Below, piece by piece: positions 35,201 through 47,015 of a stretch of 64,000 bases of DNA. The stretch's first letter is position 1; every line of letters begins with the position of its first letter. This DNA is from Laetmonice hystrix. Taxonomy: Eukaryota. The position numbers were made by a program, and so were the translations under genes. The notes below the pieces were generated by a model. That model saw nothing but the letters and a program-made list of their open reading frames with translations, was not told the origin of the DNA and ran no database searches. The stretch spans positions 21,452,001 through 21,516,000 of the forward strand of contig OZ249439.1 in NCBI GenBank assembly GCA_965235115.1, given 5' to 3'.

Positions 35201-37700
35201 GAAGATTGGTATGGTATATAGGAGTAGTTCAGCTCAGGTTTGTTGTTTCCAGGACTGTCAGAACTTTGATGATCGTCAGAATAAGATGATGGACAACCAC
35301 GCTCACAGCTGAGAATGGCAGATCCTTGTCCGTAGGTCGCAGTGAGACTGCAGCGATATGAAACACTACTTGTGTTGACCTGCTCAAAGGGTGATTCTGT
35401 GAAGGTCATTGATGGCAGAGGTCGATCAGATGATACCTGTGTACATCCAGGCTGATTTTCATTATTGCGCATAGATTTGTTCCTTAATATGGAAACAACT
35501 GTTTGTTCATTATGATTTACATGAGAAGAGCCAGCATGAATCATTTGATAAGCAACCATTGTTTGTTGTCGTGACCATTGTGGCAGAGTTTGATCGTCTT
35601 CTGATGGCTTGTGTGTGATTGTGGAGGCCTTGATGATGGCTGCAAGGGTCAATGGCAGGTGATCATGCTTCTCTGACTGAGTGCTGCCAACTGAAGCAGT
35701 TTTGAAACCAAACATGAAGAATCCACCTACAAACACTTTTTCTACAGCATCTTGAACCAAGAGCTCCTTTTCCTTGTCAGCATCTCCAGTCAACCTGAAA
35801 AATGGAAATAAAAGCACTTAGATGATTAGATGAGATTGTGAATACAGTCAGACCTCATTAATCCGTGCTTCTGTAATCCGTATACCTCACAATCCGAACA
35901 CACTTTCTGGTAACCTCTTCTACCATTTTCTATTTAAAATGATTCAGTAATCCGTATATTTCACAATCCGAACACATTTTAAAGGTGCTATTCGTGAAAA
36001 AAAGTTCAATTTTTTTATTTTTTATTTTGTTGACGTTTATGTGATCCCACCTATCATGGAAATAGATTCACAACGAAGGAAATCAAAATTTTTCATGGAT
36101 AACGGTACAAATGGGGCTCTCTCAGAAGGCCTGTGGAGACCCTGACACGCCCCACCATAGGAAATGGCTCTATCTCGGTGCGCACCGAGATAGGTTTCAA
36201 ATGCTGCACACAAACTAATAGAAGCTTTATCAGGCCAATGGTATCGGTAGGAATTTTTTCTAGTACTATGTGCACAATGTATGATAGGAGAAATGCCATT
36301 CTGTGCGAGACGAATAGCACCTTTAATGGGCACCAAGCTTTTCGGATAAACGAGGTCTGACATATATGTCATATTTGTGACTCCTTAACATTGTGACGCC
36401 TTAACATCTCAATGAAATGAAGATAATTTCTTCTCGATGGTACAGTCTAAAGGTTATTGAAGTACAGTAGCTCTTCATATTAAGTGTATTCTTAATCCAA
36501 ATTTTAGTTACCCAAATGGATTTCTTTATCAAGAGTTTCTGCATCCTAAGTTTTTGTTTACCTGGCAAATTCTGCTGCTGAACAACCAAGGAATGGTTCG
36601 AGTGTTGTGCCAAAGACTGTGACAACACACTGTAAGGTGTTGTCACATATGACCAATCCAAGTCGGTAGCGATAGTTAACATCCTTGCTGTAGGTCGACC
36701 CACACTTCAGGCACTGCCAGTATGTCCTACAAGAGTAATTACAAGTCATGTCAAAGCATAATTAACCTGGGAGGAGTTAGGCAGATGAAAATAAAGCAGA
36801 AACTGCATACATTCTGTCACAGCCATTGGCATCCAGCTTTCTCCTGATCTTACCCATTTTAACCACTTGCCGGCGTGATGAATGTTTAATTATCTGACCC
36901 CCTGGTCGGGTTAATTCTGTAAATTACATGTATTTTAATCAGGGTCCGCCAAATCGCGGGACCGAGCGCCCGGGACAACCAGAATTTCGGTCTGGGCAAC
37001 TGGATTGAATAGATTGGTCGCCCATCGGTACAATCGGTACATCAGTACATGTCACATGACATCATGTGGGCCTGGCCCCGGGGCTGGGCTGAAGCCTAGG
37101 TGCCCGCAGCCAGCATGAGAGTGATGTTGGTGCCGACAGTGTACAGTTGGCTGACCAAATAACGTTTGCAGCTGAGGGCCAAAGTTTGAGGATTTTGACC
37201 CAGACACTGCAATAGACCACTGGCTGACAGATAACCCAGGCTATCGCCATCTGGATGGCTATAAAGTAGGGGTGTGAAAATGCTTTTTTTAAGTTTTTGA
37301 GGCAAATAAAAATTTTTTTTTTGTGAATTAAAGCTTTTCTTTATTTTAACAAAAAAATCCTGGGCAACCAGTTCTATTTGTCGGGCAACCACTTTTGAAT
37401 TTGTGGTTGCCCACTGGGCAACCACATTTCTGGGGGATTTGGCGGACCCTGTTTAATGCAAATTTTTGCGTGTCATCCATTAGAATGGAAGGTTCAGTGC
37501 ATGCATATACACGTCATCTGCCGGGAAGTGGTTAAGAAAAGTTGAATAGACAAAAAAATATATTTGTAATTGTGTTACCTGTTGTTTTCTGTTGTACTAT
37601 AGATTTTGCTGTAACAGTTGAAACAGCATGGGTAGACCAGAGAGCCTTGTTTGACAGCTACCACCTGAGCTAAAACAAGGCTTCTCCCACTGTTGGCCAT
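32278..37700 (-). CDS. DDIAS: DNA damage-induced apoptosis suppressor (noxin) ortholog
   Basis: Exons (minus) 37700-37579 (MANSGRSLVLAQVVAVKQGSLVYPCCFNCYSKI), 36726-36562 (WQCLKCG..NYRYRLGLVI..VTVFGTTLEPFLGCSA), 35794-32278 (LLVQDAVEKVFVGGFFMFG then a long Ser/Asp-rich region). Matches the DDIAS N-terminal CxxC/OB-like domain from memory; 5'UTR donor at 38303. Confidence 0.85.
35845..36362. mobile_element. Tc1/mariner-type MITE in DDIAS intron
   Basis: TA|CAGTCAGACCTCATTAATCCG ... CGGATAAACGAGGTCTGACA|TA; internal repeats of TCACAATCCGAACAC. Confidence 0.7.
35983..36322. mobile_element. Kolobok-like element nested in the MITE above
   Basis: TTAA|AGGTGCTATTCGT ... ACGAATAGCACCT|TTAA: perfect 13-bp TIR with TTAA duplication. 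Confidence 0.8.
36863..37531. mobile_element. piggyBac-like non-autonomous element in DDIAS intron
   Basis: TTAA|CCACTTGCCGGC ... GCCGGGAAGTGG|TTAA. Confidence 0.75.
36940..37451. mobile_element. CAGGG-terminated MITE nested in the piggyBac-like element
   Basis: Perfect 16-bp TIR CAGGGTCCGCCAAATC / GATTTGGCGGACCCTG; TTTAAT on both sides; subterminal GGGCAACC repeats. Confidence 0.8.
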
Positions 37701-38323
37701 TCCCTGCTTCTAGGTGGGGGACAGTCTTCAACTTCTACTTGTGTCCTGTAAAACAACAACAGCCATGCCCATGGACAATTTTCCAGTACACCCCCTTTAA
37801 AGCGACAGTCTTGTCGTTCAGCACTGTGAGATAGGCTGGCCCTCCTAAGGGTCGATGTGCTATTTACAGACCTCAGTTCCTATGAGTATGGCTATGCTGT
37901 AGCATAGGTATGATTGGAAACTGACGTCTAAAATTTAAAAAGTAAAATGTCTAAGGCAGTAAAAAGTAAAATGTCTATGGCAGGGTATTTAGCGGGCATT
38001 TGGAGCAGGGGGGGGTCATGTGACCATTAAACTTCATGCAAACCATAGCCTAGGCCTGAGTGACCCTAACCCGAACCCAAAAATTTGTTTAGATTCAGTA
38101 ATAAGTCAAACTAACTACTACAGTGTGTCTAAGATAATCTTATTAAGCCGTTGCCCGCCAAAGCCTAAATTAAATATACATGTGTACATAGCAATGCGTA
38201 AATGGCGGAGCCGGAGGGAAACTAGACTGTTACACGGCTCACTCCGTCAGGGGCCTGGCCCCCTAGCGGGAGTACAGTGAAGCAGTTCTAGAGGGAATCT
38301 TACCTGGCCTTGCCCTTGGCCTT

Positions 38324-38670
38324 GGGCCGGTGTCGCGGTCTCAGATCTCCGTTGGTCTCAGAACTCCGGGGGCATGGTTTCCTATTGTTTAGATGCTGAA
38401 TCTGACTAAGTGAGCACGCGCGAGTCGCTGTTTGGGCTCACACCTCCGGTCGTCTGCTAGCTGATGGGCAGTGGAGTTTTCTTCCAAACAAGACTAAAGG
38501 ACAGTCTGGATAGGTAAACTGTAAACCAAGTATCGTAGAGGAGATGAGAGTTATTACGTGTGACTCAACTGAGAGCTGATATTTCGGATAGTTAGACTAG
38601 AACACACGGCAATGCAGCTAACCTCCCGGAGATCTGAGACCACAGAGATCTGAGACCGCGACACCGGCCC
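38324..38670. promoter_or_regulatory. ~47-bp inverted duplication around the DDIAS 5' region
   Basis: GGGCCGGTGTCGCGGTCTCAGATCTC (38324-38349) is the exact reverse complement of 38645-38670; similarity extends to 38370/38625. Regulatory role is inferred only. Confidence 0.55.
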
Positions 38671-40567
38671 CAGACTCCCAGGACCCTCCACTGGCTCCAG
38701 CCAGGCCATGGCCATCGTCTTTATTTCGCCCCTCTCCCTCTCTCCTTGACAAGAGTACAATTGGTCTTGTAACTTACTCCAAAGTACAGCTCTTTACAAA
38801 GTGCAATTGGGTCTTAAAACACGTGTGTATGGGTTTAGTTGGATATGAAGCTATTGTTATCAATATTGTTCGTTTAAATTACCCACCAACTCTCCCACGG
38901 CGGCCATTGTTACCACAAACCAGCTCTTACGAATGTCGTTCAAAAAAAATTTGTTTATAAATATGGATGTAATCTTAAATTTCTTATTCCCTATTCTATA
39001 ATTATACATTATAAAAGAAGAACAAGGAACAAGAAATTATGTTATAGACTCTAGAGGATATTTACGAGAGGAAGTAACGTCACCTCCGACTTTTGGTAGG
39101 ATGCGGATGTATGGCGGGGAAATCAAGTTTGTCAACAATCAGCGCTCGCTGTACAGAAAGTTGGAACCTGTCCGTGAACGTATGTATTCCTTCATTCTGT
39201 TTCAGCACACATGTGTAATTGGTTGAGTGATACCTGCCACTGTTGCAAACTTTCAAGAATATACTCGAGTAAACTCTAAGTAGTCTAACGTTAGTGGTGG
39301 GCGACTACGTCGCTACGACGGCTGCGTACCGCCCGCCCGCCCGAACCTCAAGCTCAACAGAGCCGCGGACGCAGTCTCAGATCTTGCGACGGGGCGCGAA
39401 TATCCGGTCACCCTGGCAACGCCTGGGAGGCTTGGTCTGATGAATACAAACGCCGTTACCCCCCCCCCCCCCCCCCCGCTTCATTTAATCATAGACATTG
39501 ACATACTGTCTCTAACTAGACTAGCAGTAGCACTAGCGGGGATGCCAGTCGCCAGGTGGCACTGTCACTGTGTCAGTCAGTGCTGTTGCAGCTGAGTGCA
39601 AACGGCTGCTCTCGAATCAATCAAGCTCTCTCACCATATCACTGTCCATGGGCATGGCATAGGAAAGCATTTGTAACATCACGATGCGCGAAGTTGGGGC
39701 ACTCATAAGTTCACTGCCCACCCCACGACCTAAAAACAATTGGATATTTAAACATTGGCCATTGCCCAATCCTGATGTTTTAGCGGGCAAATTAAAAACT
39801 ACAATATTGTTGCTTATTTGATTATTTAAAAAAAATTATAACCGCTATTCTTGTGCAGCAAAACAAGGCAGGGAGGCTTAGGTGCGTAAAGACCAGTTAG
39901 GGGCCTACACTAGGCTACAGTATTATGTAAGGAGCTGTGGATTGTGGTTTTTCACTTGCCCAAGCAACTCAATGGCACAGGAGTGGAGAGGTAAATAAAA
40001 TGGCCAAGTTTGTGTAACATGGGGGGGGGGGAGAAGATATTTGAATTTATTAGAATTTAGGGGGGTCTGGGTCCTCCCCCCGAAGATTTTTGAATTGAAA
40101 AGGCAAAGAAACGCAATTTCCCGGCATCTATAGATAGAAAAAAGTTTCTCAAAGCATTTAGGCCTAGCCTACCAATAACACATGCGGGGGGTCTGGGGGC
40201 CTCCCAAGAAAATTTGTGAATTTAGAAGGCAAAAAAACACCATTAATTTTCCTGACCCCCCAAAAAGGGGATCCAGACCCCCTGGACCCCCCCCCCCCTG
40301 CACATCAATGGGTTTACTAGGATTTAGCTCAGTGGGGGTAATTTTTTAGGTTCTGTATAAATGATAAAAGATTTTATGTGAAAATCTCTTACAATAATAA
40401 TTAAACTTAAAAACATAATGGGATTACATGAACCATTTACCAAGTAGATTTGCCAACCTGAAACTATCTTCGCATGATATATTGACACCGGGACCGGGGT
40501 GCCATTGACACCGGGTAGGGAGGACCTTGTGAATAAGTACGTATAGATTGACGCATGAAGTGAACAG

Positions 40568-40629
40568 GTTTGGCATGTCTCAAGGTCAGTTTGGCATGTC
40601 TCAAGGTCAGTTTGGCATGTCTCAAGGTC
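40568..40629. repeat. 21-bp tandem repeat x3
   Basis: GTTTGGCATGTCTCAAGGTCA. Confidence 0.9.
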
Positions 40630-43600
40630 GATGGTTTCTGCCATACAGGTCGCCGAAGGGACCGACTGACTGCATGCAGACCGCAGGGCCGATACTATAA
40701 CTACCGCCCACAACTGGAGTCCTAGTGCTTTAAATATCCCTCTTACATAACAACCCTCGCCCCCACATAGAAGTACATGTAATGACTAATGGATAACTCG
40801 AACCGAAACGAATGCTGTTTTCATCCTACCGGATAAATATACACCAGCGGGGTCAGGATGGCAGGAGCCTCCAAAGTTCAAAGGTCACGGAATCAGTTTG
40901 GTAGAAATTTGTTTGGTTAAAACATTTAGGACAGTTTGTAGACAGGCGGATAGATGGATGGCATCTTCCCATTTCTAGCTGTACTTCTTGTCTTTAGTTC
41001 TAGTATTAGTGTAAGTATATCTACACGTATCCTACAACAAGGGTAAAGTTTTTAGTCTCCTTTTGTATGGTGATTTGGTCAGGTGACATAATCAGTTGGT
41101 TAAGTTGATTCCTTTTTAACAAAACCACTTAGAGGGTGGTCCTTTGTCCACCTTTAGGATGTAAAATTGTCACAGGACAAACCAACACTACTTCCCGACA
41201 CATCACACAGTCCAGTCATCACTAATACCTGCCGGGCCATCAGAATTATAACCCCCCCCCCCAACCCCCTTAATAAAACGATTTTGGTCTTTTACCTCCT
41301 TCCACAATATCTCAAGCGAAGCTGTAAGCAGATGCATTATATTTATTCTAGGTACAAATGGATGGTAATAGATTTCAATGCCAGGTACCTCGGTGAATAG
41401 GGCCGTGGACATTATGGCTGTGTGTGCGTCAGTCATTGTACGGAATCTATGACCGAGTCAGTCTGAACCGTGCTGTATAGCAATGTAGACACCTCACGGG
41501 AGTTTAAAGCCAACCCTAGGCCATTTTCTCTTGAGTACATTTGAATTATTTGAATTGTAAATCTAATTAATGTGACTGTCACGAATTTATGGGAGGCAGA
41601 GGAATTTAATTAGCGTTCCCCAGTGAGTTGGGAGTTACCTCAGATCTCCGTGCCGAGTGCGCGCCTTCAAAGCTTCGCCAAGAATTCCGACCGCGGTTGG
41701 GGCCATATAATGCAAACAAGTGATTTACAAACGAACAGTCATCATAACGCTGTCCAAGGGCCCCCCTGTGGCCACCCGGACTTTGTTGCCGACTTTGATA
41801 TTGAGGAGAGGCGACGGCAATTGGTTAATTGTGGCATCGGGTCGATATGGTTCATTTAGCGGCCCGGAGCAAGGGTTGGGGTGGGTGGGTGACCAGGCCT
41901 GTTCCCCGCAGGAGTTTGCATCTCAGACCATGCAGAGTTATGTAAATATGGCGGGTGTTACAAGAAGATTGTGGTTTGTGAAGGAGGAGGGGGGGGGGGA
42001 TATACAGTAGGCTGTTGTCCCCTTTACTATCACAGCTGCAACACTTCTGTGTGTGTGATTTTTTTAGATTCACGGGCATCAAGCGTAACTCAGTTACTTT
42101 GAGAATGTCCGGAAAGAGAAAGGTCCTCCTCTGGAGTTGAACCCCGGCCCCAAGATTACTGCATACATTCACATATAGCGAAAGGTATCAACGCCCATGA
42201 CCACTTGGCCACCGCCACTTCCAAAAAGGAAGCTTTGGTGGTCGAGCAGAATAATGGACCACCCCCCCCCCCCCCACACACACACACACATCTTCCGAGA
42301 TGAAACTGAATCCATGCTTTCCGAGATAGAGCCAATCTCCCATAATGCGATCTCTGTCCGGAGAGTGAGATAGAGCTACACGTGATTTCTACGGAACATT
42401 CTACGGTTAATGTCATCCTGGCACTGGTTAATTGTGTGATTTTCTTGAGGGGGGGGGGTGATTTTTCAGTGTTTTTAGCCGATATTATCAAATATATTGC
42501 ATGTTGATATATCATTATCAATATCGAGTATTTAGAACGATAAGGACTTGCGTACCTTGCGAAAAACACGAGGTTCTCCTAAAGTTATGACTGAAAAAAA
42601 TCCCTTTAAAAATCCAGCACTGGAAAGAGTTTTCCAAGACCCTACGCACGCAGGGGTAGAATCGGTCGGAGTCGGACCATGACGAACTACCCCGCCTTCT
42701 CACCCCTCCCCACCCCCCCGCCTTCTGCCATTGGCTGACTCAGGCCGGCGGGTTGGCACCCCCACCCCTCCCATCTGACCACTGTTTACCTGATCCCGTG
42801 GCTGTCAGATATAGGAGATTTCATGTTTACAAACATGGGGGTGATTCGCGCATGCGCATGACTGGCGCCATGACTCTGGCTGGCAGAAAGTACACACCAG
42901 CAGCTGTGTTTACTACCACTGACCACAGAGTCCGTCGGAAACTATGCTGCAATCATGGATAATAACTGGTCCGTACGTTCTAAACCTAGATAGGCTACAG
43001 ACACTAAAGAGCGATGTAAAGCCAAACTTGAGTATGATGGCAGTTTGATTTTTAACTGACCCGTATTTCGTCAAAGAAGGGTGGACTCGGGCCAGTCGGG
43101 CCCAGTCAGCCCGCGAGCCGTCACAGCTTCTTGACCGCCCGGCCCCCAGTGTTAGTTGACCCGGTTGCACTCTACTGACGAGCCGGACTGAGAGCGCTGG
43201 TTGGCATGCTCTCTTTCACTTTCAGTTTATATGTAGTTTCTCATGTTTTTTTTAAATGAATCCCTAACATTTTGTTGCATGGGACTGGAGAAACTTTTTT
43301 GACGAATGGACAGATGGAGGTAAAATACCCCCCCCCCCCCCCCCCGTCATCTAAATTTGGGTAAAAAAGGGGAAGGTAACCACCAGAACACAAGCACGCG
43401 TGTCAGTGTACCCAGCTCCCGGCGTTCACGCAGCCACCCCCGGCACCGTGCATGCTTACACCCGTGGCCTGGGGCCCGTAGCATAAAAAATCCCCGCCTG
43501 CTCCGTAAACCACCCAGACCTGACCTGTCCAGCCTTCCTTGACCTCGCTAATAGTGCTTAGTATGTATACTGTGCAGGATACAACTATATTTGGTTGTTC

Positions 43601-44251
43601 TATGAAAAACGTGCATAAACAGACAAAATACGGAGAAGAATCTGTATTGTTTACAGTGCATCACTGGCTCCATTGTTAACTTTCTGCCAGCCAGAGCGCT
43701 GTAGGTGGTTACGTAACCACCCCCGCTATCGGAAGTGACGTAGTGCCTGAAACCTCCTATAGGGCCAGTTTTCACAGAGACCGCCAGACGTGCTGACCAC
43801 CACTCCGTGAACACTTGTGTTTGTTTCCGAAGATCACATCCCCCACTCGTGACTTGGTGTTACATACACGCCCCTTTGTCTCCCTCTGTGAAGTGATCAA
43901 ACACCAGACCATTGAGGCGGTGCCGCCACTGCCGCCGAGTGGCTACCAAAGTCTGAGTGATCATTATCTCATCACCTCCACCAGCATCAGCAGCCAGATC
44001 GGTCCCGTCTCCCACGGCCCCCGGAACCGGACAGTGGTCACTTTGTCCAGGAAGGCCATCAACTAACTTCAGGCTCAGAGCCATCTCAGCCACTCCCCTG
44101 GGAATGAGGAGCGACTACCGGAGTACCTTCCAAACGATTCTGACGTCTTGATGGAGTTGGGCCACTGTTCAAGTTTAAAACAGTGAAGCGCTGCGCCCAG
44201 GGTGCTTTGTATCGGAGTTGTTGGTGTCGGGAGGGTTACAATAATAGGTAG

Positions 44252-44410
44252 GGTGGTCGTTACAACGGGATGAGAGGATTGACGGAGATGGAGGCGTACA
44301 TCAACAGGTGTGTGGAGCTGGTCAAGATGGAGGGCTTTCCCGTGGAGCACGACTGTGACATCCTACTCCAGCATCTTGTAGGTGGGTCTGCCTTTACATC
44401 AACTCCAGGG
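44252..44410 (+). pseudogene. Possible LTR-retrotransposon gag relic
   Basis: GGRYNGMRGLTEMEAYINRCVELVKMEGFPVEHDCDILLQHLVGGSA loosely fits the gag capsid pattern (F/Y)xG..ExY....G....L..L.G.A; in-frame TAG just upstream; no LTRs or pol found. Confidence 0.3.
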
Positions 44411-47015
44411 GGTGCCGTCATTGTCACCCTGGAGGTACTGGTAGGATGGGGTGGTCGCCCTGCATAAGCGGGGGTAATTAAACCCCCTATACATACCGGA
44501 ATTCTGGTAGGAAGGACTTGATTTTGTTGAAGGGTGCCAGAAGTCAATATAATAGTTAGGTAGAAAGGAAGTAAATGCACTTGCATTATTAGGGAGAGGT
44601 ATTCTTTGCACATATACTAACTACAAATATTTTGTCTTGAATATGGATTTTAGCCGTATATTATTCGTCTTGTTGAGAGGGTCTCAAGTTCTGGACTCAC
44701 AAACCTGAGACAGGTTGCTGTATCCAGTAGGTCTATTTGAAAGCCGAAAGATCTCTACTAAATATGCCAGACCGTTTTAGGCCAAGGGCTCATAAAAGAA
44801 AATCCTAGTTTCAGAGAAGTGTTGCAGAAGAGGGGCCGCATCAAGTATTGATTTACATTTACTTCTTTTGAGGGGGTGGGAGGGGAAATAATCCATGTGA
44901 AGGTACCAACGGTCCGCAAGGTACCAACGAGTCGTATCAGTCTTGTTTCTACGCTTGGCTTGGACAGAATGTGCACTTTGAAAACTTTATTGTGAAAGAT
45001 TAATAAGTCTAACTTGCACGTGGATTTGATCTTGAGTGGTCCATCTTTGGAAACTAGGATTCCGATTAATTTGGCCTGACCAGATGTATGGGTTTAAAAT
45101 GTCAAGATCTGTGGTTTGAATGATCGTGATCTTTATTGAGCGCTCGATGTGCTGAGTTGAGCCAGGATGAAGGGTGGGAGGGTTGGACCATTCGAAACGT
45201 GTATCCCCGATACGATGTGGCCGAGTGCCCAGTGGGCGGGCGGTGCATGATAGCCCGGCGGCCGTCAGCGGGTTACGTACCACCGGCACACGGGCGGTCC
45301 GCCCTCCCGACATGGCCGGTCCCTCCCTCCCCGCACACCGGGACAGCCCTCCCACACGGCGCTGCCTCCCGCCCTACCTAATTACAGGGGGGCACGTACG
45401 CCCCTCCATTGACAACTCACAATAACTATAGCTCGTCCCAAACCCTCACTACAGGAGAAGGGATGCACCCTAAGTGACCTCCCATTACCCCAACCCTCGA
45501 TGTGTGTTTTCCCTTTGAGCTGTGAGGTTCTGCCTCACTGAGGGTACATTGATATCTATAAGTCTGCCACTGTCCTAGGGGGTTACAGGCACCCAGCCAC
45601 CCATGTCATCAGCCAGTCACATCAAAGGTAGAAGATGACCACCAACCACCGGCCAGACAAACCACCCCTAGTTCTCGGTCCCGGAAAGACCAGGCAGAGA
45701 GTGGATACAGGAGAGAGGAAATGAGAGAATCATCACCCAGACAGTATTTCTGGTGGTTTTTGTGTGACCCACAGACATGTCAGGCTCAAATCTAACAAGA
45801 ATTTCAATTACGACTATTCATGTGTGACTGAACCCCCTTTCTTTATTGTCAGTGACTCAGCAAAGGAGTTAAAAGGATTGCATTGTTATGAAAACAACTC
45901 ACGTGACTTGTTGCCTTATCTCTGGGAATGCTGGTAAAATAGTGTTTACAAGATTTAACCTTGTGTTTGATATGTAAAATGGTTCCGGTGTTTGTGTCAG
46001 AAATGCAAGACGAAGAATCAGTTTCCTGAGTGACCATACGGTTTCACCCCAAACTTGTCTCTAAGTCTGAAAGCTACTTTGTTTTGAAACAGCGACCAGG
46101 TTACTACAAAGAAATCTGCATGCAGTAAGGCAGAGCATTTGACCTTATGTAAATGAACTTTGCACCTTGCATTCAGCCATTGTAGTTTGGTTTATGGCAG
46201 TACTGTAAATAGTAAGTTGTAAAGATGGACCTAATGTGGGGCCAATACACTTGACTTTGCTAATAGCATGGGTCAGTATGCTAATGTATTGCAAAATCCC
46301 CCCCCCCCCCCCGATCCAGAGATAAACTACAGATCAGTCTAGAAGTTGTTTTCTCCCCATAGGGCACCCAGTGTCATAAATCTGATGTTTGAAATACCTT
46401 TAACAGACTTTTCACTCCGTGCAGTTAATTGTATTTTACCTTGATTAATTCCTGGTTTCTCATACATAAACTGCATAAAACGACAGTACGTGTATATTCC
46501 ATGATCATAAAATGTATATTATTTCAGTCATTGAATCATTGAATAAAGAAACTGATTTATGCACGGTATATATAGATAAAAGAAATTGATAACATACACG
46601 AATATTTATTTTTTCAGTTTGAAGCATCAAATCTGTATTATTGAAAATGCTTCTCTTGCTCAGCTTCGCCAGTGAATGCCCTCCTTTCCAAGTGCAACCC
46701 CTTAAAATGTTTTAAAGTTCAAACGGGAACCGTTCTCCTGGGAACCTTTCAAAATTGCCCACAGACACTTAACTAAGTTAAGGAATGAAATGTGCTTAAT
46801 GGGAGTTATAGTTGGAGTTGGGGATTCAGCTTCACAACACCTAGATGTGTTATCTGCAGGTGGTCAGTGTGACTGGTCGTGGCAGCCAGACGAATCAATT
46901 ATTACCAAGTTTCTCAGATAAAGTAGAAACATGTATTTTTTTATTTGTCAAATGAGGTTTAGAGATCTATACATGAACATTGGAATGAGTGTTTTTGTTT
47001 GTTACAGCGGATAAC

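Noticed and set aside
44987-45425. Overlapping GC-rich ORFs on both strands
   Set aside because: No recognisable domain; likely GC-rich TE or regulatory remnant.
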